Source: Octopus sinensis
Lineage: Eukaryota
NCBI RefSeq assembly: GCF_006345805.1
Contig: NW_021832195.1
Location: 1-31,507, forward strand
DNA length: 31,507 nt
Direction of reading: 5' to 3'
In this document: positions 10,831-22,751 of the stretch, piece by piece
Position numbering within the stretch: position 1 is the first letter of the stretch
Layout of the letters: every line of letters starts with the position of its first letter
Program-made: the position numbers and the translations under genes
Notes under the pieces: model-generated
What the model saw: only the letters and a program-made list of their open reading frames with translations
What the model was told of the DNA's origin: nothing
The model's database searches: none

Positions 10831-11173
10831 TAAATGATTGATATAAAAGACTGAGTGTGTACTGCAACCTTCATTTAATGCGACGGACTTTCTATAGACG
10901 CACGCACCCTACCGACTTCATCCTGCCACGCACAGTAGCGAAATGTACATATTATAACTGTATACAGTATTATTTAGGCTGATGTAGTCTCCTCTGCACA
11001 AAGAGGTGAATTCGATTCCATTACATCATTCCCCATCCATTAGGAAGCAGTGCAGATTTAAGCCGAAACGATTGTTGCGCTAAGTAAGCTCACAATGCAC
11101 TCTCGCTTCCCTATCAACCATTTAAAATATACCCAAACGTACTGCGAGTAATTCCTTACTCGCTGTAAGGAAT

Positions 11174-11572
11174 GGATCTTTTCGGTTTGAACGGCAGTTT
11201 TTCTAGCGGTGTCATGAAATTGTCACCCATAATTATGACCCTAGCATCGATCTATTGCATTAGGGTTAGGGGTGGGAGGAAGGGTATCTTTTTCCTTCAC
11301 AAATGTAAATAAACCCAATCTGTTTCTTAAACGAGGGAAATATTCATACGGCATAGAATGTTTTTTTTTTACCTCAATGGACGTAATTGATTGGTTGAAA
11401 TTGCAGAAATTGAAGAAGAAAAACAACAAATATCTAACAAACTATAGAATTTTCTCAATAAAGCCAAGAGAAGAAGATGTTTTATAAAAACATTCTACCA
11501 GTATACGAAGTTTAAAATTTTTTAATTACCTAGAAATTATGTTAAAAACTGCCGTTCAAACCGAAAAGATCC
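11174..11572. mobile_element. MITE with 28-bp TIRs and 8-bp TSD (Merlin- or hAT-type)
   Basis: TIR GGATCTTTTCGGTTTGAACGGCAGTTTT at both ends; TSD TAAGGAAT at 11166-11173 and 11573-11580. Confidence 0.93.
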
Positions 11573-11645
11573 TAAGGAATTACTCCTGCGATGAAGCTGC
11601 AGTACTAAGGATGACGTTTGGTAGCCGTAAGTGGTGAACGTGCTC

Positions 11646-11817
11646 TTGACTGCGGCCACGCTGGAGCACAGTCTTCAGTCGAACAAATCCACCCCGAAAA
11701 AAATTATTCTTTGTAAGCCTTGTACTTTGCCGAACGCAAAGTTACGGGGACGTAAACACGCCAACACCGGTTGTCAAGTGATGGTGGTGGTGGGGAAAAC
11801 ACCTACATACATACACA

Positions 11818-11885
<68 letters not shown>

Positions 11886-12009
11886 CAACTAGCTTCTTTC
11901 AGTTTCCGGCTTTGGTCGGCCCAAGGCTATAGTAGAAGACACCTGCCTAAGATGCCATGCTGTGGGATTGAAACCACAACCATGTGGTTGGGAGGTTATG
12001 CCTGCGCCT
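11646..12009 (-). mobile_element. SINE family B, decayed with internal deletions
   Basis: Reverse-complement match to 15730-16115, with internal (CA)n. Confidence 0.85.
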
Positions 12010-12071
12010 CTCTATATATATATTATATATACATACATATATATATATATATGTATGTATGTAAATATATT

Positions 12072-12129
<58 letters not shown>

Positions 12130-12134
12130 TAGTC

Positions 12135-12617
12135 ACGTATATTTGCCATTTGAATATGGCTAACCCCTAAGAGTGGATGCTACTGTAGTTTGTAGCCCCA
12201 GGAAGACACCTCCTCCAGCTGGCTATAGACACTTTCTGTGCCCTGTCAGTATTTGTGAAAAGAAGTCATCCTTCCCGTCTTCAACTTATGATACACACGG
12301 ACTCGAGTTTCAAGGTATTGACCTATCATCGGCGTGTGACAATCATAGTTGTCGACGAGAATTCAGTTTCCCTCACAAATACATATACTTTTTCCAGTAT
12401 CGATTGACACTGATATTGAAAAAGTGAAATCAAACAATGATACTCGAGTCCGTGTGTATCATAAGTTGAAGACGGGAAGGATGACTTCCCTTCACAAATA
12501 CTGATAGGGCACAGAAAGTGTGTCTATAGCCAGCTGGATGAGGTATCTTCCTGGGGCTACAAACTACAGTAGCATCCACCCTTAGGGGTTAGCCATATTC
12601 AAATGGCAAATATACGT
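12135..12617. mobile_element. Long fold-back element (~178-bp arms), probable inverted pLTR pair
   Basis: 12135-12312 is a near-perfect reverse complement of 12438-12617. A hammerhead overlaps the inner edge of the left arm. Confidence 0.88.
12294..12338 (-). ncRNA. Minimal type-I hammerhead motif, GUC cleavage triplet
   Basis: CACACG-CCGATGA-T-AGGT CAAT ACCT-T-GAAACTCGAGTC-CGTGTG: 6-bp stem I, palindrome ACTCGAGT, U4C core change. Confidence 0.75.
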
Positions 12618-13539
12618 CACGATGTGTTGCCGCTACTGTTTATAACTCGCTCTGAGATTTATCATTATATATATATATCAGTTACGATGGTCGTCAAGAT
12701 CAACAGATCTCCCAGGATGAGGCTCGTCTTTTTGACTGTGGTGTTCGGCTCAGAATTTCTGGAACTACCTTTGGCACCAGCCTATGTGAGAGTTTCTTTC
12801 GTGTTTTCTACCACAGTATAGTTTGTTCTAACAGGACATCCACGATTAAGAGGAGATCAAATATTACCTTTCGATATGTGTCTGTGTATGTGTGTCCGCG
12901 CGCATGTGCACGCGTATAGTCGTGCATCTATGTATAACATTTCTATGATAAAGAAGCATATAATGAATATGCCTGTATACTATTTAGAACAACAGTATTT
13001 AATCTGTTTTTTTTTTCTTTTTTTTAAAGACAGTACGGTGTAATTGAGGATAATCTGGCTCCTATTTCAAGCAGAATATTTGTAGATATTTAAGATAGCG
13101 CAATTTTGTGAATATGTATCATATACTGTTGGCAGAGAAAACATTGTATAAGTCTGCCAATTGACTATGAATAGACACAATAAATGTGAATAAAAGAAAA
13201 ATATAATGTAAAAGACTAAATGAACTCCTGAACTGCACTTTGAGATTGTAAATTAAAACGGCTTTGCAATATATTAGGCTGGAATCATTTCTGTTATATT
13301 TACTAAACAAAACTGCCTTTCTTTTAAATTGAGATTATTAAAAACTTTGATGAGAGATCTTGTACATATGTTTATTCAGTAACATTTCCGGTGCAGAAAA
13401 TTGGTTTCCTGGCATCTGAGATGAATGTTGTTTTTTCTCTCTCTTTTTACACACTTTATATTCTGACGAGGGAACTTACCGTTTCAAACGAGTGCAAGTT
13501 TTTTTCACTTTTTTTTTAACTCAACAACCTATTACTTTT

Positions 13540-13582
13540 ATTATTATTATCATTATTGTTATTGTTAATTATTGTTGTTGTA

Positions 13583-13666
<84 letters not shown>

Positions 13667-13757
13667 TACTACTATTATTTTTATTATTTAAATTTTTATT
13701 ATCATTATATTGTTGTTATTATCATCATCATCATTATTATTATTATTATTATTATTA

Positions 13758-13790
<33 letters not shown>

Positions 13791-13918
13791 TATTATTATT
13801 ATTATTATTATTTTATTATTATTATTATTATTATTATTTTTAATTATTATTATTGCTGTTATTATCATATAATAATAATTATTATTATTACTATTATTAC
13901 TATTATTATTATTATTAT
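13540..13918. repeat. (TTA)n microsatellite tract
   Basis: Directly visible. Confidence 0.95.
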
Positions 13919-14485
13919 AGCTCTTTCGTTTATTGAAGCAATACTATCCAGACACCGTTAACCATTCGAAGACTGACGATGTCAATAACATGAAATCAAA
14001 TATTACTAATTCATGAAATTTAACTAAAAACAATATTAGCCAATGACTAACAACATTGTTTTCCCTAAACCTTCTGTTTTCTTCCTCATCTACGTTTTTT
14101 TATGCATCGTTCATTAAATATGCTATCGCTGACTTATCTGTCTGTTTGTCTGTTTAGCTGCGTTGGATACTTTAACACTTACATAAAATTGTAAACATCC
14201 GACCGTTTTGCAGCATACATCTCAACATATACAACACGAGAGCCATTAAAGCAGGCTTTCACGAGGTCACACGAACTGATAGAAATAGTCTAACGAAATA
14301 TGTCTCAAATCCTTTCGCACCAACATAGAAACGGATTTATGGAATAACACCGCTTAGGGTTCCATATTCAGTCAGAGTCAAAAGGCAGCGTAGTCACATT
14401 TCGAATACCCCTGAGCATAGGTTTACACGATCAGCGGTCCACTGGGTCTGATTAAAACATGCATCGCACACAACATATGTGTGTG

Positions 14486-14526
<41 letters not shown>

Positions 14527-15003
14527 GAAGAGAAGGAGAGAGAGTGTGTGTGCGTGTGTATGTGTGTATGTGTGCACGGTCGTATACGTGGGAAAAATCA
14601 AAGTGAAATGGTTATGAAAATTACAGGCAGAAAAGAACAGTTCTGCATGGAATAACTATCACTCATCCACAGGGTCCAAAACGACTGTAGATTCAGCGTA
14701 TTTAGGTCTATATTCTTAATCCGATATTGTTATTCCTATGGATATCCCAGTTATTGTAAATATTACTGACGTAGTGGATATTACAAAGAAAAATCTCGTT
14801 GTATGGAGAACAATAATACACGAGACGAAAGTTATAGGCAAACAGATACGTATTATACAATTCAAAAAACAAAAGAAGTGTATTGTCTTTCAACTCAGCA
14901 CAGAAATAAAGCGAGAATGTTAGTGCGACTGAAGGAATAGAAGCTTCATTGGAAGAGAAGTTGAATGATAGAGAAAGGGGTAAAATGGAACGGTAGCGAG
15001 GCG

Positions 15004-15430
15004 AGATCTTTTCGGTTTGACCGGCAGTTTTTAACATAATTTCTAGGTAACTAAAAAATTTTAAACTTCGTATACTGGTAGAATGTCTTTATAAAACATT
15101 TTTTTCTCTTGGCTTTATTGAGAAAATTCTATTGTTTGTAAGATATTTGTTGTTTTTTCTTCAATATCTGCAATTTCAACCAATCATTGACGTCTATTGA
15201 GGTAAAAAAAAACATTCTATGCCATATGAATATGTCCCTCGTTTAAGAAACAGATTAGGTTTATTTACATTTGTGAAGAAAAAAGATACCCTTCTCCCCA
15301 CCCCTAACCCTAACTAACCCTAACCCTAAAACAGATTGAAATGCAATAGATCGATTCTAGGGTCATTATTATGGATGACAATTTCATATGACACCGCTAG
15401 AAAAAGCTGCCGTTCAAACCGAAAATATCC
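15004..15430. mobile_element. MITE, second copy in opposite orientation
   Basis: Same TIRs; interior is the reverse complement of 11174-11572; TSD GCGAGGCG/GTGAGGCG at 14996-15003 and 15431-15438. Confidence 0.93.
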
Positions 15431-15729
15431 GTGAGGCGATCAGAAGATGGAATATGTTAATTACAGGAGTTTAAGAATATCTGAGAGGAAAGTTCAGCGA
15501 GAGAAAGTACGAGTGAAGGACGCATACGTTTTTTTGTGTGTATGAAATATTGTTTAGGGCAGAGTTGTCTAAAAAGGGGAAATCCCCAAGGAAGATGTAT
15601 AAATATTTCGGTAGGTCAGAGGTTAGTTCAGAATAGGGTGCTAGTAAAAATTTAATAAAACTTGCAATAAAGTATTAATTAAAGTATAATTGAAATGTTG
15701 TGAATAAATATATATACTATATATACTAT

Positions 15730-16143
15730 AGGCGCAGGGGTGGCTGTGTGGTAAGTAGCTTGTTTACCAACCACATGGTTCCGGGTGCAGTCCCACTGCG
15801 TGGCATCCTGGGCAAGTGTCTTCTACTATAGCCTCGGGCCGACCAAAGCCTTGTGAGTGGATTTGGTAGACGGAAACTGAAAGAAGCCCGTCGTATATAT
15901 GTATATATATATATATATATGCGTGTGTGTGTTTGTGTGTCTGTGTTTGTCCCCCTAATATTGCTTGACAACCGATGCTGGTGTGTTTATGTCCCCGTTA
16001 CTTAGCGGTTCGGCAAAAGAGACCGATAGAATAAGTACTGGGCTTACAAAAGAATAAGTCCCAGGGTCGATTTGCTCGACTAAAGGCGGTGCTCCAGCAT
16101 GGCCGCAGTCAAATGACTGAAACAAGTAAAAGAGAGTAAAGAG
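15730..16143 (+). mobile_element. SINE family B, full length (tRNA head, CORE-like block, internal TA/TG microsatellite)
   Basis: A-box TGGCTGTGTGG, degenerate B-box GGTGCAGTCCC, CORE-like TGGGCAAGTGTC, GAGTAAA tail repeats, candidate TSD TATACTAT at 15722-15729 and 16144-16151. Confidence 0.9.
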
Positions 16144-16477
16144 TATACTATTTTACTAAAGCTGAAAAAATCTTTACAAACTGTAACTCATGTTTCATGT
16201 AATGTTTTATCAGACAGTTGTGATTATGCTCGAAAACTTTTGAAGAATATTATTGCAAGTGTCTGATGAGTAGTCACGTGAAAGGGTCACGAGTATCAGT
16301 TTATGAAGATTTTTTTCATGGCATTCGAATATTATTTTTTCCACCTTGTTTTGCACCTATGTGCTTACTTGCGACTTTTGTGTGTGTGTGTACGCGTGCA
16401 AGCGTACGTATGCGTGTGAGTGCGCGTACGTGCGTGCACACGAAGCTGTGTATAATGTGCTTGCTTGCTTATGACAG

Positions 16478-16636
16478 TCCATCAAAGGTGAAGACAGCGT
16501 CGATCGAGGACATTTATCTTCCCCCGGCCTCAAACACATAGTTTCACATGGCAGACAAGGCTCGGCAGACAAGGCTGTGGCAGACAAGGCTGTTACGAGA
16601 CAGGCAGATCCTATGGCCCTGAGAGCACTCAATAAG
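16478..16636 (+). CDS. Candidate host coding exon (159 bp, phase 0-0), product unknown
   Basis: Preceded by TGCTTGCTTGCTTATGACAG and followed by AAG|GTAAAC. Open frame SIKGEDSVDRGHLSSPGLKHIVSHGRQGSADKAVADKAVTRQADPMALRALNK. GC-richer sequence that is unique within the window. Confidence 0.5.
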
Positions 16637-16811
16637 GTAAACATTACAAATATCTTAATTAACATATGTGTGTCGTTTAAACGCCAGAGGCTGCGGTTTT
16701 TCTCTGGGAAGATCCCTTTAAAGGTGTAGTGTTAAAAAAGAGTCGTGTTAAAAAAACACGGCGAAATGAAACCGCATGTATTAGAAGTTAGACATTTTGG
16801 TATACGTAATT

Positions 16812-17195
16812 GGGGAGGCGCAATGGCCCAGTGGTTAGGGCAGCGGACTCGCGGTCGTAGGATCGCGGTTTCGATTCCCAGACCGGGCGTTGTGAGTGTT
16901 TATTGAGCGAAAACACCTAAAGCTCCACGAGGCTCCGGCAGGGGATGGTGGTGATCACTGCTGTACTCTTTCACCACAACTTTCTCTCACTCTTACTTCC
17001 TGTTTCTGTTGTACCTGTATTTCAAAGGGCCGGCCTTGTCACTCTCTGTGTCACGCTGAATATCCCCGAGAACTACGTTAAGGGTACACGTGTCTGTGGA
17101 GTGCTCAGCCACTTACACGTTAATTTCACGAGCAGGCTGTTCCGTTGATCGGATCAACCGGAACCCTCATCGTCGTAACCGACGGAGTGCTTCCT
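16812..17195 (+). mobile_element. tRNA-derived SINE, family A, second copy
   Basis: Near-identical to 537-921; 11-bp TSD with 1 mismatch, TATACGTAATT/TATACGTTATT. Confidence 0.92.
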
Positions 17196-17589
17196 TATAC
17201 GTTATTTGGAATCATGTAATCTTGAAGTGCTGATCGAAATTCAACTTGCTTTCAACGAAAGGGGCTGTGATATAACATACAGACGAACACAACGCTGTCC
17301 CTGACCATTACAATCATTCGAGATGAATTAATTATCGAGACCATGTAAACAAAACCGATTTATGTTGCCAGCCTCTTTAAAAAAAATTTTTTATGAGATT
17401 AAACCTCTAAATAATGCGACGATATTTTTAAAGAGCATAAGAGCTTATTAGTACAGCAATTAGATGTTCTGCGAGTAAATAAAATTTCGATATGCTTAGC
17501 CTAAGGCATTTAATAATAAAGAGCTTTTGTTAATTAATTAAAAAAAAATATTCAGAGCTATATCACTAGTTTGCTTGTTTAATACGAAA

Positions 17590-17675
17590 CAGAGCAGTAG
17601 CAGCAGCAGTAACAGTAGTAGTAGTAGTAGTAGGGGGTAGTGGTAGAAGTGGTAGTAGCAGCAGCAGCAGCAGCA
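17590..17675. repeat. (AGC/AGT)n trinucleotide repeat
   Basis: Directly visible. Confidence 0.9.
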
Positions 17676-17786
17676 TCTACGACTACATTACCAGACGCTT
17701 TTGTTTTGGAAGACTAATTTTGGCGAGATTTAATATTCTTTCTAAGTGGCTTATTGAATTGGTTTTTGGTGGCCGCCTCTTTGGTT

Positions 17787-17843
<57 letters not shown>

Positions 17844-18600
17844 TATCTAGCGTATAGTAGTTTCTGTATGTATATTGTATATTTAGCTCACGTGAAATCT
17901 GGAATATCTTATCCAATGTTCTTTTACGATTGTGGTATGTGATTTGAGTGATGCTCGTCAGTCATTTGTAGTGAGTCGCACAACCACATACGGTTTTCCT
18001 TGACTCATATCAATGAACTTTAATAAATTATATCTACTGTTCCTAACCTTAATACTCACTAATGTCAAACTTAAATATCTACACACTAAATCATTCTCCT
18101 CGTTCGGTGCAATCATAAACTGGCTCTATTTTTATGCGAGCATTTAACATAATTTATGTTGATAAGGCATGACAGATTTTCTCAATTTAATTATCTATCA
18201 AATCCACATTTAAGATTAGAACTTGTAATTTCCCTTTATCTCACACCAAGATTTGTAGATTTGGCAGAAAAATGCTATGCTTTACATTTTTTTGCAATTA
18301 TTATTTGTCAGACACAATTTGTTTGGTTTGTAAGAATGGTTAGAACCAGACGTGGAAAGTTTTAAACCTGACACTTTTAATCATGCAAGGGCTGGAACAC
18401 GAAACAGACCCAAACCTTCTTTATTGGTCAAGAAATAATTCAAGACGCTTTGATGTTTTCAAATAAATGCATGAAATTCCAGATATTTATACTGAAATGT
18501 AAATAAAGGGAAAATATAGATCGATTGTTGCTTGAGAGAAATAACAGCTAAGTAACAGCTTCATTTCATTAGACACTGCATCTCACTGAAGGCCTTCTCG

Positions 18601-18669
18601 AAAAGGGTTTATAAAAAAGGTTTACAAAAAAGGGTTTATAAAAAGAGTTTACAAAAAGAGTTTACAAAA
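18601..18669. repeat. ~14-bp tandem repeat x5 (AAAAAGRGTTTAYA)
   Basis: Directly visible. Confidence 0.85.
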
Positions 18670-20967
18670 CGGTCGAAGCACGAAATCTAAAGAAAGGACA
18701 AGCGTTGAGACTAAAACATATCTTAATGACGAACCTGAAGTACAAAGTATATATACACCTTGCCACTAAAGAAAGGGAAAAGTGAGAGGCCCTCGCTAAA
18801 GTGGAGAACTTAATGAAACAATTAAAAGAACTACTCCGTCGTGAATGTAACTCCGTATGGAACCAGGTGCGTACAACACTTTGAAGAGAAACTAACATGG
18901 ACGTTACAACTACCATACAACCACCCAACAACTAAACAGTTTGACATGACTGAATCGATTGATGGGGTCTCTATGAATGACAAACCCGTAGATGATGACC
19001 AACTAACAAGAAACGTAGAGTGTACGGAGGAGTACAACTGGACACAGATGAACTCGCTGCCTTAGAACTCCCCCCAAAGTTCGCCACATATAATAAGGTT
19101 AGCAAGATATCAATACTATCAGACATTGAGAAATGCTTCACCAAACTTAGATGGAGAACACACTTTAACTGCAACCAAAATCCTGACATTCATGACATAT
19201 CTGACAATAACCATTCCATACGTTGTTTCTATGATAAACGTGACATATCATTTGACATGAAAAGGGTCTGCCCTACCAACTTACCCTTCAACAAAAGAGT
19301 ATGCATGCCACCCTATGCTGACGCTGCTTTAGAAGCAAAGTTTATCCTTACTAAGTCCAAACTCCTGTCAGCTTTCTCTGATTACACCCAAAGGCATAAA
19401 CAAAAACGAACAAAAAATAAGACCCATGATCTTGACACCAAAATTAATAAAGGCTTTAACAAATTAAAAAACCGTATAAAAAATAGATTGTATGCTTCCC
19501 AACTGACAAATCAGGTAGAATGTCTGTTGACAACCTATCTAATTATATTTCGAACATGCAACCACACATCAGAGACATGAGACAAACAACAACTCTCGAG
19601 TACATTGAAAACGAAAAAGTCCTTAATGCTCAGATGGAGATGTAGAGTATCATTCTCCAGTCTGAGAAACGCACAGCGAACACTTTCATGACCCCCAACA
19701 ATGAAATCCCACCCCTATATGGCCTTCGAAAAGATCATAAGAGCCACATGCATCATATACTTGGGCCATCTACCCGACCTGTTTGTGGTGCCAACAATGC
19801 TAACAACCACAAAATAGCATATTTTTTCTCACAATTCCTACGACCCTTAATAGAGTTATCTGCGGATGTATGTGATAGTACTGAAGACCTCCTTAGCAGG
19901 ATCCGCGAATGCAACAACACATGTGACCCCAGTGACCATATCGTAGGTAGCATGGATGTGGTATCCCTATATCCTTCCATTGATGTAGACTTTGCTGTCG
20001 AAAAATGTATAAAGATGATTAGTGAGAGTAATATGATATTTAAAAATGTGGACGTATATGAACTAGGGCTCTTCCTGGCCCTTAATAGTACCGATGAGTA
20101 TCTGTCACACAACAATCTTCTTCATGCTTGTCCCACCCGTAACAAACAAAGTAGACCACCTACCATTACCCCAGCATACAAAAAGACCCACTGTGAACGC
20201 TGGCAGGGCTGGATGAAGCCAGACTACCCACCTTCAGATGCACACGACATCAGAACTACCATCGCACATGCTATCGGTGTCAGCCTTAGAACTACACTTA
20301 AAACTCATATTTTTAAGTTCAACAACAAATTGTATAAACAGACGAAAGGCGGTGCTATTGGAGTAGGGATCACCGGTGATGTTGCAAACCTCTTCATGGT
20401 ATGGTGAGACAGACAGTTTGAACACTGCCTAGCGACCCATAACATCCACTTAGCTATGTACTCTCGATACGTTGACGACATTAACCTTGTCGTGAAATGT
20501 AATAATAATACAGACACAGAGATTGACTCTCTACTAAATGAAGAACAGGTGGTGACAGCTATACTACACATAGCTGACTCTATTCATAGCAGTATAAAAG
20601 TTACCGTGGACTACCCCTCTAAACACCCCAGTAATAGATTACCTGTCCTAGATACTGAGCTGTGGATGGAAAATACTATGATTAACGGAACTGTTAAACC
20701 CTGTATACTCCATTCACACTATTGTAAACCTATGGCTAATCCACTGGTAATCCGTAATGACTCAGCGATGTCGAGTACTACCAAGCTCAACATCCTGGTG
20801 GCAGACTTTGTTAGAGTAATGAGGAATGTATTTCCACTATGCCAACCACAAGAACGACAACAACACATCCAGCACTTCATATTCCGAATGCAACGCTCCG
20901 GATACACACAATATGACAGAATCAGAGTGTAGAAAGTGCGAAAACAAGATTCGAAAACTTAGCCGAG
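18670..20967 (+). pseudogene. Penelope-like retroelement reverse transcriptase ORF, disrupted and 3'-truncated
   Basis: LELPPKFA, PTDKSG, LYGLRKDHK..RPVCGA, GSMDVVSLYPSI (motif A), YKQTKGGAIG (motif B), YSRYVDDI (motif C), LPVLD, HYCKPM, QRSGY. Frameshift at ~19486, in-frame TAG 19643 and TGA 20405, frameshift at ~20930. The 5' boundary is uncertain. Confidence 0.92.
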
Positions 20968-21124
20968 GTCAAATTTAACTTTCTTCGATGCAATCAAATT
21001 TACCTTTCAGGATTAGTATATGGAAACTTAATATGAACATAATCATTATCCAGAAGAGACTTAGATGTGGCTATTATACACTCTATTCTCTATTACCTTC
21101 ATCTTCATCTCTTTTACATTAGTT

Positions 21125-21400
21125 TCCCTGCTCGCCACAATTCGCGATCCTTTGTCACCTCCTTTGATGGGTTCAACCTTCTTGGATCAGTCTTCGCCAT
21201 TTTGCCCCTGTTCTTTCTTCGCTTCAGTCTTGCACGAGTTTCATGCACTCGTAGTGCTCACTACTTCTTATGCATCATATGTCCTCCATACCAGTGAAGT
21301 CTTCTCGCTGGCACAAAACCTGTCTTTTTCTTTCAACCAGATTTTTTCTCCGCTCACTTGAGCCATATTTTCGTGCATATTAACATTGCTCATTCAACCT
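21125..21400 (-). mobile_element. Decayed RTE-like LINE 3' fragment
   Basis: Minus strand gives RRLHWYG/GHMMH and VTKDRELWR, resembling the RTE C-terminus RLRWFGHV.R...DR..WR. Confidence 0.6.
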
Positions 21401-21781
21401 TAATTCTTTCCATTCGCAAATCTCTCTTATTCGAATCCCCGTCTCCTTGTTATTCAGAATCGTACTTAGTTCACAAGACTCGTTCAATTAGTTACTCGAT
21501 TAGTTGTTCGAGAAGAAAATAGTTATTCTATTTTCGGGAAGATATTTATATATGGATATAAACTGCTTATAAACTTATATAAAAAGTTTATAGTCTCTTT
21601 CAGATTCCATGTTGTAAAGGTTCCTCGCTGTAAATGCATTATCTCAGGTGAGAAACTATCATACCTGTGATTCCTTCATTTTTAGTCATTAATTCGTAGT
21701 TTATGTTAATGAGGTTTTCGATTCATGGTCCTTTCAATACTTGCTGTTTGTAGGTAGGTGTGATACATGTTAGGTGTGATA

Positions 21782-22011
21782 AGGCGGCGAACTGGCAGAA
21801 ACGTTAGCACGCCGGGCGAAATGCTTAGCGGTATTTCGTCTGCCGCTACGTTCTGAGTTCAAATTCCGCCGAGGTCGACTTTGCTTTTCATCCTTTCGGG
21901 GTCGATGAATTAAGTACCAGTTACGCACTGGGGTCGATGTAATTGACTTAATCCGTGTGTCTGTCCTTGTTTGTCCCCTCTGTGTTTAGCCCCTTGTGGG
22001 TAGTAAAGAAA
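21782..22011 (+). mobile_element. tRNA-derived SINE, family C
   Basis: TGGCAGAAACGTTAG A-box-like sequence, GAGTTCAAATTCC B-box, central GTCGACTTTGCTTTTCATCCTTTCGGGGTCGATGAATTAAGTACC block, TSD TAGGTGTGATA/TAGGTGGGATA. Confidence 0.85.
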
Positions 22012-22751
22012 TAGGTGGGATACATGTTCTGTTTCGTAAGTTTTTTTTATGACATGTCTATTCTCTATCTATAATGCGATTGGTTCATACAGTACATTGT
22101 ATATGTGGCTTGAGTAGTTCTTTTTTTTCGTCTGTTGAAGCGTATTTGTTTTCTATTATTCTCTTGCGGGATCAAGTATTTTTTACTGACCAGCGTTTGT
22201 TCAATTTCTTGAAACTTTCTTTTCTCGAGTGTCTTCGCAGTTTCAGATTTAAAACTCTTATCAGGAAACTGTTACCATGCATACCCTAGACCGTTGTTTT
22301 TAAATAGATGCGCTACATGAATTATTCCTTGATTTAACATCTCGTATATCTAAAAATGAAGCATTTGTGTCATCTGTATTTCTACAAAATCTATATTGAA
22401 CAGTACCTTTAACGAAATAATTACTTTCACGACCTCTATGCCTGTCTATTCTTTTGTGTTTCTTACAATTAATTCAACTCGACGCACCTGGCAAACCTTG
22501 TAAAATACTGTAAAAGGGCTTTTTCGATGTGGGCTATGTAGAATGAAACAAATGGGGTTTAGAATGAAGAATTCAAGGCCTCTTCGTCCTTTTAGATGTA
22601 GAAGTTGCTTTTACATTACATACATGGCAAATATTGTCATAGACTACGCAGTGTAAACTGTGAAACCGGTTGAATCTTTAAATATAATAATAAACAATAT
22701 TTTAACTATTCTTGCTGTATTTTCAACTTCTATTTTTCCTATATATATATA

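Noticed and set aside
13463-13495. CTGACGA-GGGAAC..GTTTC-AAACG hammerhead-like
   Set aside because: GAAA is incomplete and there is no stem I.
2938-13961. Numerous ORFs with poly-YI, CV, HT, L, N or MYVC
   Set aside because: They are translations of microsatellites with no coding evidence.
13973-13995. CTGACGA..GAAA hammerhead-like
   Set aside because: No palindrome/UH site or stem I pairing.
18601-18669. Short repeat array as CRISPR-like
   Set aside because: Head-to-tail tandem repeat without spacers, in a eukaryotic context.
20405-20407. In-frame TGA as selenocysteine (Naiad-type recoding)
   Set aside because: The context MVW*DR fits a TGG-to-TGA change, the ORF also has a TAG and frameshifts, and no SECIS was seen.
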